From Candidatus Berkelbacteria bacterium (lineage in GTDB: Bacteria > Patescibacteriota > UBA1384 > DTJR01), in contig JAPLVK010000022.1 in assembly GCA_026397175.1 (NCBI GenBank), positions 5,689 through 69,688 on the forward strand: a stretch of DNA of 64,000 nucleotides, written 5' to 3'. A program made the translations under genes and the position numbers. Below are positions 1 through 9,476 of this stretch, in pieces. The notes below the pieces were generated by a model. The model saw only the letters and a list, made by a program, of their open reading frames with translations, made no database searches and had not been told where the DNA came from. How positions within the stretch are numbered: position 1 is the first letter of the stretch; the number at the start of each line of letters is the position of its first letter.

Positions 1-334
1 CGCTTTTGCGACCACAGTGAAGAACTCCGATTATATTTTCCTTCTTACTAAAAAACATTACCGGGGCACAATCGGCAGAGCGAATTGACAAAGTTATATT
101 TTTGTCCGTAAACATCCCGTCAATATTTTTATGAAATCCGGACTTGGAAATAAAAGCAACTTTGTCCTTATGTACCTGTTGGCAAAATGTTATGGGCTTG
201 GGGATATTGTTTTTCTCAAAAAAGTCATTTTGGTTTTTTTTATTTTTTTCGTTATTTAAAGACATCGAGCCGTCTTTAATTTCGCTTGAAATTATCTTAA
301 CCGACTGAAAATTTGATAAAAATTTATACTTCAT
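1..334 (-). CDS. pgeF: Purine nucleoside phosphorylase / polyphenol-oxidase-like YfiH/PgeF family protein (runs off the window edge)
   Basis: Manual translation from ATG at 334: MKYKFLSNF...CQQVHKDKV...IDGMFT...IRSADCAPVMF...GVLHCGRKS; QVH, ADC and HxG motifs of the YfiH family. Confidence 0.8.
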   Translation of the reverse strand, partial: MKYKFLSNFQSVKIISSEIKDGSMSLNNEKNKKNQNDFFEKNNIPKPITFCQQVHKDKVAFISKSGFHKNIDGMFTDKNITLSIRSADCAPVMFFSKKENIIGVLHCGRKS

Positions 335-1865
335 ATGGACTTTTATTTTGGGGACGATATTGGAGCGCTTCGGAAATGTGCGAGGGTTTAACCCTTGCAG
401 AGTCCTCTAGGTCGGCGATTGTTCGGGCAACTCTTTGGATTTTAAGAAATGATCTCATCGAAAGCCCTAATTTTTCGACCGCGTTTTCGAGCAGCAATTC
501 CGCTTCTTGCGAGAGTGGCATTATTTCGTTGATTTCTCTTTTTGATAAAGAGTTATTTAATTTTTTCTTTTTGAACTGACCAGATGATCTTGATTTTTGA
601 ATTTCACGGGCTCGAGTAACTCTTTTTCTAACTTCGGCGGATGACTCTTCTTTTTTGGCTGATTTGAGTTGTTTTAAAGGAATTTTCTCGACTGTTAAAC
701 AAAGATCAATTCGATCAAGAAGCGGGCCAGAAATTTTTTTGTTGTAAAGAATGATTTGGGATGATAAGCAAACACATTCATGATGATCGTCGCCGAGGTA
801 GCCGCAAGGACAGGGGTTTTTGGCCGCAACTAAAATAAAATCGGCGGGAAATTGAAGTGTTCCGTGAGCTCTTGAAATCGTAACGATTTTATCCTCGAGC
901 GGCTGACGCAACGACTCCAAAACAAAACGAGGAAATTCCGGAAATTCATCCAAAAATAAAACGCCTTTATGGGCAAGGGAAACCTCACCGGGCTTTGGAA
1001 AAGCGCCGCCGCCGATAATAGCGACCGCAGATGTGGTGTGATGGGGCGAGCGAAAAGGGCGCTCGGAAATAATCGGTTTTTCTTGAGATAAAAGACCGGC
1101 GACAGAATAAATTTTAGTCACCTCGAGCATTTCTTCCTCGTCTAAAAGCGGCAAAATCGAAACAATACTTTTTGAAAGAAGCGTCTTTCCTCCGCCTGGC
1201 GGGCCTTCGAGTAAAATATTGTGGCCGCCGGCGGCAGCGATTTCGAGCGCTCTCTTGGCTTGGGCAAGTCCTACGATATTTGAAAAATCGTAATCGTCAA
1301 AATCGTCGCGGGAGACAATTTTGACGCCTTTGGTTTTTTGATAGGGAATTGGATCGGAAATAATTTTTTGAACTAATTCGTGAAGATTTTTAACCGCCAA
1401 AATTTCGATACCCGACAATAAATTGGCCTCTCGTTGATTTGATTCGGGAATTACTAAAGCAAGCCCCTTTTCTTTAGCCAGAGTCGCCGCCTGAACAACC
1501 GCTCGAACCGGTTTTACCTCGCCACCAAGCGAGAGTTCGCCCATAAAAATAGCGTTTTTAATTTTTTTGGGATCAAACAAACCGGCGGCAACGAGAATTC
1601 CAATCGCGATTGGTAAATCGTAAACCGGGCCTTCTTTTTTAACATCAGCCGGGGCCAAATTTACAACGATCTTTTTTTGCGGAAAAGAAAACCCGGAATT
1701 TTTTAAGGCAAGGCGGACCCGTTCTTTTGATTCCTCGACCGCTTTGTCCGGCAAACCGACAATAGTTAAAGATGGGATTCCCGCACCAACATCAACCTCA
1801 ACTTCAACAATCTGTGCCTCGAGCCCTTGGGTTACAATCGAAAAAATTTTGGAGAGTTTTTCCAT
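324..1865 (-). CDS. comM: YifB/ComM family Mg-chelatase-like AAA+ ATPase
   Basis: IVGLPDKAVEESKERVR, NLAPAD, GPPGGGKT, PFRSPHH, GEVSLAHKGVLFLDE, NPCPCG, ARTIADL. Confidence 0.93.
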   Translation of the reverse strand: MEKLSKIFSIVTQGLEAQIVEVEVDVGAGIPSLTIVGLPDKAVEESKERVRLALKNSGFSFPQKKIVVNLAPADVKKEGPVYDLPIAIGILVAAGLFDPKKIKNAIFMGELSLGGEVKPVRAVVQAATLAKEKGLALVIPESNQREANLLSGIEILAVKNLHELVQKIISDPIPYQKTKGVKIVSRDDFDDYDFSNIVGLAQAKRALEIAAAGGHNILLEGPPGGGKTLLSKSIVSILPLLDEEEMLEVTKIYSVAGLLSQEKPIISERPFRSPHHTTSAVAIIGGGAFPKPGEVSLAHKGVLFLDEFPEFPRFVLESLRQPLEDKIVTISRAHGTLQFPADFILVAAKNPCPCGYLGDDHHECVCLSSQIILYNKKISGPLLDRIDLCLTVEKIPLKQLKSAKKEESSAEVRKRVTRAREIQKSRSSGQFKKKKLNNSLSKREINEIMPLSQEAELLLENAVEKLGLSMRSFLKIQRVARTIADLEDSARVKPSHISEALQYRPQNKSPYEV

Positions 1866-2001
1866 TTGTGTTCATTATAGTAAAGAAGCCCTCGAAAGCA
1901 AATGGGCTATCGTCATTAAACCAAATTATTGAAAAATAAAAGAAAATAGGATACTCTCTTCTTGAGAAAGCTAGCATTCTTGACATACAGGAGACGCTGC
2001 A

Positions 2002-3636
2002 ATGATTAGGACGATTGTTGATTCGTCACGGGCGACCCTTGACGGAATCGCGGAGGAGATGGCTATCCGGCAGACAGACGAGTTGTTTATTCTCGCTCCG
2101 ATGGGTAGTCAGTTTGACCACAAGATTCTGCAAGCTATGGGTCGAATCGGTGTTTTTTGTTTGCCGTTTGACCCAAACTCTATCAGCGCAGAAGATGTAC
2201 AGCGACTCAATCCCAAGGGCATCATCATTTCGGGAGGACCGGTCTCGGTGCACGACAGCACCCGGCCGAAGTTCGACGAGAGAATCTTCGACCTTGGGAT
2301 CCCCGTTTTAGGTATCTGCCTCGGTTTTCAAATGTGGGCCCAGCATGTCGGCTGTGTCGTTTCGCCTGGGGCCAAACGGGAACTCGGCCCCCACACATTG
2401 GACATCAGGGATACTAATTCCCCGCTGTTTCAGTTCGAACAACCGAGAGAGCAGATCACTGTGATCCAGAGCCACGGCGATGCTATTCAGCCGATTTCGA
2501 GTATGAAACATCTGCTGTGGTGCGAAAACGCCCTGGCCTCCAGCAATGTCGGACATCTCTGGGGCGTTCAGTTTCACCCGGAAGTCAGTCATACCGACTG
2601 CGGTGACGAGATCTTCCGCAACTTCGCTTTCCAGATTTGCGATGCTACCAAGGTCTTTCGGGCCGGGGATGTTGCGCAGCAAGTAGTTGATGAAACACGG
2701 GAAGCAATCGGAACCAAAAGCAAGATCCTGCTTGCGCTTTCGGGCGGTTCGGATTCATCAACGGTTGCCTACATCCTCGGCAAGGCAGTTGACTATCAGC
2801 CCGGTCGAATTCGCGCCGTCTATATCAAAGGTGTGGATCGCCCGGAGGACGAGGAGCATGTACGAAAGTACTTTGGGAGTATCCCTTGGCTTGAGCTCGT
2901 TTTCGTTGATGCAACTACGGAGTTCCTAAGGGAACTCGAAGGAAAGACCACATGGAAGGATAAGCGCCTGGGGGTTCGTGTTGCCTACAAAGGAACCCTC
3001 GAACAGCAAATCGAGTTACTCCGTTCGGAGTGCTCCCTCCAAGTTGCTATCTACATTGCGCAGGGTACGCTCTACACCGACATTGTCGAGAGTGGCGGAG
3101 GACTTGCCTCCGGCGCCGTCAAGGCACGGATCAAACTTCATCACAATGTCGATCTCGGCTTCAGTGTGCCCGAGATCATGCCGCTATCAAGTCAAGTTAA
3201 GGACACGGGACGCAACATCGGTCGGGCTCTCGGAGTTCCCGAGGAACTGTTGACCCGGCATCCTTTCCCTGGCCCTGGACTCGTTGTCAGGATCGAGCCC
3301 GAAATCACCGAGCAAACCCTGCGCGATGCTCGCGTTATTGACGGGATCTTTATGGAAGAGCTCCGAAACTTTGGTCTTTACGACACCGTCTGGCAGGCCG
3401 GAACAGTGATCCTCAATTCGATTTCTACCGCAACCAAGGGCGACGACGCTGCCATCGGTTACTGTGTCGCCATCTGGGGCAAGGAATCGGTTGACGGCTT
3501 CACGGCGAGATGGTCTGATTTTACGCGGGAGTTCAAGGAGAGAGTGAGTACCCGCATCACCAATGAGGTCAGAGGTGCTGCCAGAGTACTCCATGACATC
3601 ACGAATAAGCCCCCCGGCACTATTGAGTGGGGCTAG
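2002..3636 (+). CDS. guaA: GMP synthase (glutamine-hydrolysing)
   Basis: GATase GICLG and QFHPE; PP-loop SGGSDS; QGTLYTD, IKLHHNV, RHPFPGPGL, DITNKPPGTIEW; RBS AGGAG upstream. Confidence 0.93.
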   Translation: MIRTIVDSSRATLDGIAEEMAIRQTDELFILAPMGSQFDHKILQAMGRIGVFCLPFDPNSISAEDVQRLNPKGIIISGGPVSVHDSTRPKFDERIFDLGIPVLGICLGFQMWAQHVGCVVSPGAKRELGPHTLDIRDTNSPLFQFEQPREQITVIQSHGDAIQPISSMKHLLWCENALASSNVGHLWGVQFHPEVSHTDCGDEIFRNFAFQICDATKVFRAGDVAQQVVDETREAIGTKSKILLALSGGSDSSTVAYILGKAVDYQPGRIRAVYIKGVDRPEDEEHVRKYFGSIPWLELVFVDATTEFLRELEGKTTWKDKRLGVRVAYKGTLEQQIELLRSECSLQVAIYIAQGTLYTDIVESGGGLASGAVKARIKLHHNVDLGFSVPEIMPLSSQVKDTGRNIGRALGVPEELLTRHPFPGPGLVVRIEPEITEQTLRDARVIDGIFMEELRNFGLYDTVWQAGTVILNSISTATKGDDAAIGYCVAIWGKESVDGFTARWSDFTREFKERVSTRITNEVRGAARVLHDITNKPPGTIEWG

Positions 3637-3648
3637 TCCGTGCTTCTG

Positions 3649-3701
3649 GCCAGCCCCGAATTATCGCTTTTTGCGACAATTCGGGGCTGGCTTCTTTTTT
3701 T
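3649..3701 (+). terminator. Intrinsic terminator after guaA
   Basis: GCCAGCCCCGAATT...AATTCGGGGCTGGC followed by a T-rich tail. Confidence 0.8.
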
Positions 3702-3723
3702 AAGATGATTTTAGGAAGAAAAT

Positions 3724-4734
3724 ATGCTAAGATATTTTGAAATTATGGCAAGAAGAAAAATTATTTGTATCGTGGGGCCGACGGCGTCAGGGAAAACCGG
3801 ACTCGGGGTTTATTTGGCTAAAAAAGTCGGGGGAGAGATTGTTTCTGCCGACTCGCGACAGGTTTACAAAAAACTCGATATTGGATCTGGCAAGGACTTG
3901 GAAGAATATGGTGATATTAAATATCATTTAATTGATGTTGTGAAACCAGAAGAAAAATTTACGATGTTCGATTGGCTCGAGAAAGCAAGAATAATTATCG
4001 AGGATATTTTTGATAGGGGAAAAGTGCCGATTATAGTCGGAGGAACGGGGTTATATGTAAAAGCTCTAGTACAGGGCTTTTACATAACTCAAAAAGTAAA
4101 AATAAAAAAGTATAGCCACAATTCAAAACTTAAAAATTTTTCAAGGGAAGAATTAGACGAAAGATCATTGGGACAACTGCAAGAAATTGCGAAAAAATTG
4201 GGTTTAAATACAGAAAAATTGGACTTTCAAAACCCAAGACGGCTGATAAGGGCGATTGAGAGAAAACAAGAGGGGATAAAAATCACCAAGAAAAAGCCGG
4301 ATTTTGAGGCGTTGCAAATTGGGATTTCGACGCCGCGAGAAGATCTTTATGAAAAAATTGATAGGCGGGTGGAATCAAGGTTTAAAGATGGAATGTTGGA
4401 AGAAGTAAAAAGGTTAATTGATTCGGGGGTTAGCACAAAGTGGCTGCTTCAATTAGGTTTAGAATACAGAATAATAACGGAATATCTCCTCTGTCATCCC
4501 GCACTGGATGCGGGATCTAAAAGTATAGATTCCCGCTTTCGCGAGAATGACAACAAGAGTGGCAACAAGGATGGCGAGAATGACAAATTCGAAGAGATGA
4601 AACAAGAACTGAAGTGGAAAAGCCACGGTTATGCCAGAAGGCAGTTGACATGGTTGAGAAGATTTCCGGAGATTAAATGGGTTAAAGATAAGAAGGAAGC
4701 GGAAAAAATTGCTAAGGATTTTTTTAGAAAATAA
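3724..4734 (+). CDS. miaA: tRNA dimethylallyltransferase
   Basis: GPTASGKT, SADSRQVYK, VGGTGLY, RRLIRAIE, YARRQLTW; carries a repeat-derived insertion. Confidence 0.95.
   Translation: MLRYFEIMARRKIICIVGPTASGKTGLGVYLAKKVGGEIVSADSRQVYKKLDIGSGKDLEEYGDIKYHLIDVVKPEEKFTMFDWLEKARIIIEDIFDRGKVPIIVGGTGLYVKALVQGFYITQKVKIKKYSHNSKLKNFSREELDERSLGQLQEIAKKLGLNTEKLDFQNPRRLIRAIERKQEGIKITKKKPDFEALQIGISTPREDLYEKIDRRVESRFKDGMLEEVKRLIDSGVSTKWLLQLGLEYRIITEYLLCHPALDAGSKSIDSRFRENDNKSGNKDGENDKFEEMKQELKWKSHGYARRQLTWLRRFPEIKWVKDKKEAEKIAKDFFRK
4492..4552. repeat. GTCAT...ATGAC palindromic repeat inserted in frame in miaA
   Basis: TGTCATCCCGCACTGGATGCGGGATCT...AGATTCCCGCTTTCGCGAGAATGACA; GCGAGAATGACAA recurs at 4574. 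Confidence 0.7.
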
Positions 4735-4772
4735 AAGATTTTTTGTAGCCCTTCGGGCTACAGATACCGTTT

Positions 4773-4939
4773 GTTAAGGACAAGGGGGCCTACTTGCGAA
4801 GCGGCCCCCTATCCTTAACGATCCAACCCCTGCACGCTGTTTCAGGATCAAAAAATCAGCTTCTTCTTTCTGATAAACCTTCTCGACAAGTTTGCGAGTT
4901 TTCATCAGAAGCGAAAAAGCTGATTTTTCTTCCTGAAAC
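4773..4939. ncRNA. Two-hairpin structured element, copy A (unassigned)
   Basis: Hairpin 4773-4819, linker ending CCCTGCACGCT, long hairpin 4839-4939; same architecture at 35120-35293. Confidence 0.55.
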
Positions 4940-5018
4940 GGGAAATTCAAATTCAATTGTCTAACTGTTTAATTACTTTTCTTGCATTTTTATTTTAAAA
5001 AGTGCTAGAATTAAATTA

Positions 5019-5585
5019 ATGAATAAAATACTTGCTGCACTAATTATTATTTTATCTCTGACTGTCCCATTTTCGTCTGTTTTGGCAGATGGAAAATTAA
5101 CGAATTTCCCGGTTGGATCGTGCAAAACAATAAACGGGGGAATGTGGCAGCAACTCTCCGATGGAACTTGGGCTGACCCAAACGATAAAATCAACACCTG
5201 TAAATTAGGTGGAGCGGGTGGGATTGGTAACCAAAACTACAATGCGTGGACTCAAGCGGGTTACACTCAAAACCAGCTTGGGAATATGACTTATCAGCAA
5301 TGGTTTAACATGTGTGTTTTGACTCAAAGTTTAGTGGCTAGGCCAGAATGCCAAAATTATAACGGCAGTAATTATTACGGAAATGGCGGTTATGGCGGAT
5401 ATAACAATAACAGTGGGTACAATAATGCTTTGTGGTATCCGGAAATGGGACGAGCCACGAACTCTTTCTTCTATTCGGACGATAATCTCGCAATAAGCGC
5501 GCAAATTCCGGCGGAAAACACAACTGTGAGCTCAATTTTAGCCGGTGTAGCCATGGGCTGGATGTTTAATCAGTGGACTAAATAA
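5019..5585 (+). CDS. Secreted hypothetical protein (Asn/Gly/Tyr-rich)
   Basis: 188-aa ORF with N-terminal signal peptide. Confidence 0.65.
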   Translation: MNKILAALIIILSLTVPFSSVLADGKLTNFPVGSCKTINGGMWQQLSDGTWADPNDKINTCKLGGAGGIGNQNYNAWTQAGYTQNQLGNMTYQQWFNMCVLTQSLVARPECQNYNGSNYYGNGGYGGYNNNSGYNNALWYPEMGRATNSFFYSDDNLAISAQIPAENTTVSSILAGVAMGWMFNQWTK

Positions 5586-5586
5586 A

Positions 5587-6429
5587 CTAGATCTTACTTT
5601 TTAAAATCGAAATGAGAGCGGTCCATTGATATTTATTGAGTTCTTCGGGGCGTTGATCTAAATTAAATCCGCATTTCTTAGCAATCCCCTCTGCTTCCTT
5701 CGGTAAAATTTTTAAATTGTTAAAAAGAGAATTTTTGATTTTTTTCCGTTTTGAAGAAAACGCCGACTTGATGATTTTCAAGGCGACTTTTGCCGGTACA
5801 CTTAATTGATTAATGTTGGAAATAACAATCACGGCCGAATCAACATGGGGTGGGGGATAAAACAGATTACGCGAAACATTGTGGAGCAATTTAGTTTCAC
5901 CGAATTGTTCGATAAAAACCGTTAGAATCCCCCGATTTGAATCGTTCGGTTTTGCTAAAATCCGATCGGCCACTTCTTTTTGAAGCATTAGAACCATTGT
6001 TTGGGGCAAGGTCTTTGAGACACTCAAAAGAGAAATTATTGATGCCGCCCCAATATTATACGGAAGGTTTGCGACAACTTTAAAAGGGGACTCAACAATC
6101 AGACCAGGGATTAGAAGCAAAGCGTCTTGGCAAATAATTTTTGTATTTTTGTTCTCGAATCGATTTAATAAATATTGATGAAGATCGCGGTCTTTTTCGA
6201 CCAAAACAATTTCTTTGGTTTTTGATTTGATAAGTTCTTGTGTCAAAACGCCAAGTCCCGGCCCAATTTCTAGAACAGAATCACTGGGGGACAGCAGTGC
6301 CGCTTCAACCATTTTTTTTGCGACGGTATCGGAAATTAAAAAATGTTGGCCTAACGACTTTTTGGCACCACCGTATAAGGAAATAAATTTTTTGATTTGA
6401 GAGAGTTTGGACGGATCAAAATCTTCCAT
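5587..6429 (-). CDS. rsmA: 16S rRNA adenine dimethyltransferase KsgA
   Basis: KKSLGQHFL, LEIGPGLGVLT, VANLPYNI, MLQKEVADRI, PPPHVDSAV; start taken at ATG 6429. Confidence 0.95.
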   Translation of the reverse strand: MEDFDPSKLSQIKKFISLYGGAKKSLGQHFLISDTVAKKMVEAALLSPSDSVLEIGPGLGVLTQELIKSKTKEIVLVEKDRDLHQYLLNRFENKNTKIICQDALLLIPGLIVESPFKVVANLPYNIGAASIISLLSVSKTLPQTMVLMLQKEVADRILAKPNDSNRGILTVFIEQFGETKLLHNVSRNLFYPPPHVDSAVIVISNINQLSVPAKVALKIIKSAFSSKRKKIKNSLFNNLKILPKEAEGIAKKCGFNLDQRPEELNKYQWTALISILKSKI

Positions 6430-6431
6430 CT

Positions 6432-7388
6432 TTATTGTTTTAATTGCTCTACCAAAACCATCGCTCCCTTGCCAGTCCAATTATATCTTAGCTCATCCAA
6501 AACGCCATGGGATAAGTCCAGAACGACATCACCATCGTGATCGGCCGATCCCCAAGTACAGTCAACGGTTTTAATAATTTGCGCCCCATTTGCTTGATTC
6601 GTGATACGAAGGGTGGTTCCTTTTTTGTAGTTTGCGCTGATAACGGAACAATTTGAGGGATTATAAACCGTGGCGTAACCACGCTCCGAACTTAAAACAA
6701 TGACTTTGGTTCCGATCTTAATAATTTCGTCCTGCGGCTTATCAACAATTTCATTTTTTTGCAGCGTTTTTGAGACATCAATTCCGTCCTCGCGGCGAAC
6801 GAGGTAGAGGAGTCGTCTTTTTCCGGTTTTACCAATTTGCGAAGTTGTTTGTTTGCCTCGCTCTAGGGTCGGATCGTCAATTTTTTTTGTCTGATAGGGG
6901 AGTGTCTCAAAGTTCTCAATTTCAGCCAGAGAAACCCTTGTAATTTTAATTAAATTGTCTGCGGGCTCGGAGCCAAGCGCCGGAGAAACCATATCTTCTT
7001 TGGCTAATTGAATACTGGCTCCAGAGAGGATTTCCCCTACTCCCCTCTTAAAAGAATAAACGCCGTATGTTTTTTTGCCGTCTTGAATCGTATATTTTGG
7101 GGCTTTAAAAACCGCCTGGATGCCGCCGATGGCAAATTGTGGGTCCATAATAGTCACGATTTTTTGGGTTTGATCGAAAAAAATATTTTGCAAAATCCCC
7201 TCACCTGGCAGTTGATATTTGATTTCGGGCTCGACAATTTTTTCATCATTTTGAAAATTAGCCAGGGCGATTGCTCGGCCGATTATAAAATTTTTGTCCA
7301 TATTTTCACTTTGCGCATTACAAAAATTTGTGCCCCAAAATAGACCAAAGAAAACTAAAATTAATATTTTATAATTCAATGACTTCAA
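6432..7388 (-). CDS. Secreted G5-domain protein (YabE/Rpf-like, DPBB-type C-terminus)
   Basis: Signal peptide; G5-like DDPTLERGKQ...PQDEIIKIGTK; C-terminal ATVY...LRITN...LDLS; adjacent to ksgA. Confidence 0.7.
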   Translation of the reverse strand: MKSLNYKILILVFFGLFWGTNFCNAQSENMDKNFIIGRAIALANFQNDEKIVEPEIKYQLPGEGILQNIFFDQTQKIVTIMDPQFAIGGIQAVFKAPKYTIQDGKKTYGVYSFKRGVGEILSGASIQLAKEDMVSPALGSEPADNLIKITRVSLAEIENFETLPYQTKKIDDPTLERGKQTTSQIGKTGKRRLLYLVRREDGIDVSKTLQKNEIVDKPQDEIIKIGTKVIVLSSERGYATVYNPSNCSVISANYKKGTTLRITNQANGAQIIKTVDCTWGSADHDGDVVLDLSHGVLDELRYNWTGKGAMVLVEQLKQ

Positions 7389-9240
7389 TTTGGTTCTCCG
7401 GTAATTCTTGCAAAAATCTAGATGGAATACAGGGCTGCAACTCGCCGTATAAAAATCTGGTTTTGGCGTGGGAAATATACAAGCGGTCCATAGCTCTGGT
7501 CATCCCAACATAAAACAATCGCCGCTCTTCTTCAAGCTCAAATTGATCTTCCATGGATTGAGAATGCGGAAAAAGTCCTTCCTCTAGCCCCGAAATAAAA
7601 ACGACGGGAAATTCCAAGCCCTTGGCGGCATGCACAGTCATTAGGGTCAGCGATTTTTCTTTTTCTTGCAATTCGTCAATATCGGAAATCAAAGCAACCG
7701 AGTCCAAAAATGTTGGTAAATTATTGTAAGCGCTTGCGGCATTTTTGAGCTCTTTTAAGTTTTCGAGCCGTGACTCCGATTCGATTGATCCATCACTTAG
7801 ATATTCTTCGTAGCCAGTGAGTTTTAAGACCTTATCTATAATTAAATCAGGTCGTTGATTTGAACTGGCAAAATCCTTGATCTTATCTAGCATGTTAGAA
7901 AATTCCTTGTACTTGGGAATTTCTTCTTTGGCTTTGTCTAGATCAATTGAAATTTTAGCCAAGGTCTTTTCGCCAATCCCCCGCGAAGGTGAGTTGACCG
8001 CACGAGAAAGCGCAATAAAATCGTTTGGATTTTGCAGAAGCATTAAATAAGCCAAAACATCTTTAATTTCCTTGCGAGCGTAAAATTTTAGTCCACCGAT
8101 TATGCGATACGGAACGCCGCGCGAGATTAACGATTCCTCAAATGCACGGGACTGCGCATTGGTGCGATACAAAACGACAAAGTCACAAAGTTCTTTTTTT
8201 TCTCCTTGAACGAGCGATTCGATCTCATCTAAAATAAACTCGACTTCTTCTTTTTTGGTAGGAGAATTCAAGACGATCACCGGCGCTCCCGCAACTTTCT
8301 CGGCCGTTAAATTTTTGTCAGATCGCATTTCGTTGTTTAAAATAACCGATTGAGCCGCTTTGATAATTGGCGGAGTCGAGCGATAATTCTTTTCTAAATA
8401 AATTACTTTTGCGTCAGGATAATCCTTTTTAAAGTCCAAAATATTTTGAAATTTTGCTCCGCGAAAAGAGTAGATTGATTGCCAGTCGTCCCCTATCGCG
8501 AAAATATTGCGATTTTTTTGCGCTAACAATTTTAGAAAAATATATTGCGCGTGGTTTGTGTCTTGATATTCGTCAACCAAAATATATTTAAATATATTTT
8601 GATAATTTTCTAAAATTTCAGGGTGTTTTTGAAATATCTCGACTGTTTTCATAATCAGATCGTCAAAATCCAGCGCGTCAGCTTTTTTTAAAATTTCTTC
8701 GTAGCGCAAATAGACCTTGGAGACAATTTTCTGGAAATGATCAAAGGCAAATGACTGGTATGCCTTGGCAGAAACCAACTCACCTTTGGCACCAGAAATA
8801 AATGAACGAATTGCTTTTGGGTTATATTTTTTTTCTTCGATTTCGAGATCCTTCATCGCCCTTTTAACTGCGCGCAGAGAATCGTCTGAATCGTAAATTG
8901 TAAAATTTTGCGAGTAGCCAAAAAGTTTGATTTCTCGGCGTAAAATTTTGACGCAAATGGAATGGAAAGTTCCAAGCCAAGGCAAGCGGGAGGGAAGCTT
9001 CCAGCTGTCAGCCGTCAGCAATTTACCGATTCGATCTGACATCTCACCCGCAGCTTTGTTGGTGAAAGTGACGGCTAGAATATTTTGGGGCGAGACCATT
9101 TTGCCGTACATCAAATAGGCGATGCGATGAGTCAAGGCCCTGGTTTTGCCGCTTCCGGCACCAGCAAGAATTAAAACAGGACCTTCGGTTTTTAAGACCG
9201 CTTCCTTCTGACTTTCGTTAAGTGAGCGCAAAACATCCAT
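7369..9240 (-). CDS. pcrA: ATP-dependent DNA helicase PcrA/UvrD
   Basis: LAGAGSGKT, TFTNKAA, VDEYQD, QSIYSFRGA, NYRST, LMTVHAAKGLEF, EEERRLFYV. Confidence 0.95.
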   Translation of the reverse strand: MDVLRSLNESQKEAVLKTEGPVLILAGAGSGKTRALTHRIAYLMYGKMVSPQNILAVTFTNKAAGEMSDRIGKLLTADSWKLPSRLPWLGTFHSICVKILRREIKLFGYSQNFTIYDSDDSLRAVKRAMKDLEIEEKKYNPKAIRSFISGAKGELVSAKAYQSFAFDHFQKIVSKVYLRYEEILKKADALDFDDLIMKTVEIFQKHPEILENYQNIFKYILVDEYQDTNHAQYIFLKLLAQKNRNIFAIGDDWQSIYSFRGAKFQNILDFKKDYPDAKVIYLEKNYRSTPPIIKAAQSVILNNEMRSDKNLTAEKVAGAPVIVLNSPTKKEEVEFILDEIESLVQGEKKELCDFVVLYRTNAQSRAFEESLISRGVPYRIIGGLKFYARKEIKDVLAYLMLLQNPNDFIALSRAVNSPSRGIGEKTLAKISIDLDKAKEEIPKYKEFSNMLDKIKDFASSNQRPDLIIDKVLKLTGYEEYLSDGSIESESRLENLKELKNAASAYNNLPTFLDSVALISDIDELQEKEKSLTLMTVHAAKGLEFPVVFISGLEEGLFPHSQSMEDQFELEEERRLFYVGMTRAMDRLYISHAKTRFLYGELQPCIPSRFLQELPENQIEVIEL

Positions 9241-9339
9241 AAAAATAAGAGTAGCAAGTTTGGGGAGGGGATGCAATTTTAGAGGGACAAAAATTATTAT
9301 TTACAGAACTTACGCAACGAAGCCCAATTTTTTGTTGAT

Positions 9340-9419
9340 AACACACTAAAGTGTGGGCTACATTTCCCCTCGTAGGCCATGCTTTAGCATGATAATCAAC
9401 ACACTAAAGTGTGGACTAC
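9340..9419. repeat. Pair of REP-like direct repeats AACACACTAAAGTGTGGRCTAC
   Basis: Copies at ~9340-9361 and ~9398-9419, each with a CACAC/GTGTG hairpin. Confidence 0.6.
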
Positions 9420-9442
9420 GGCATTTTGCGTAAGCGCTGTTA

Positions 9443-9471
9443 TTGACTTTTTTGGGTGAAAGTGCTAATAT
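9443..9471 (+). promoter_or_regulatory. Sigma70-type promoter with extended -10
   Basis: TTGACT (9443-48), 17 nt spacer, TAATAT (9466-71) preceded by TG. Confidence 0.65.
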
Positions 9472-9476
9472 CTGGG

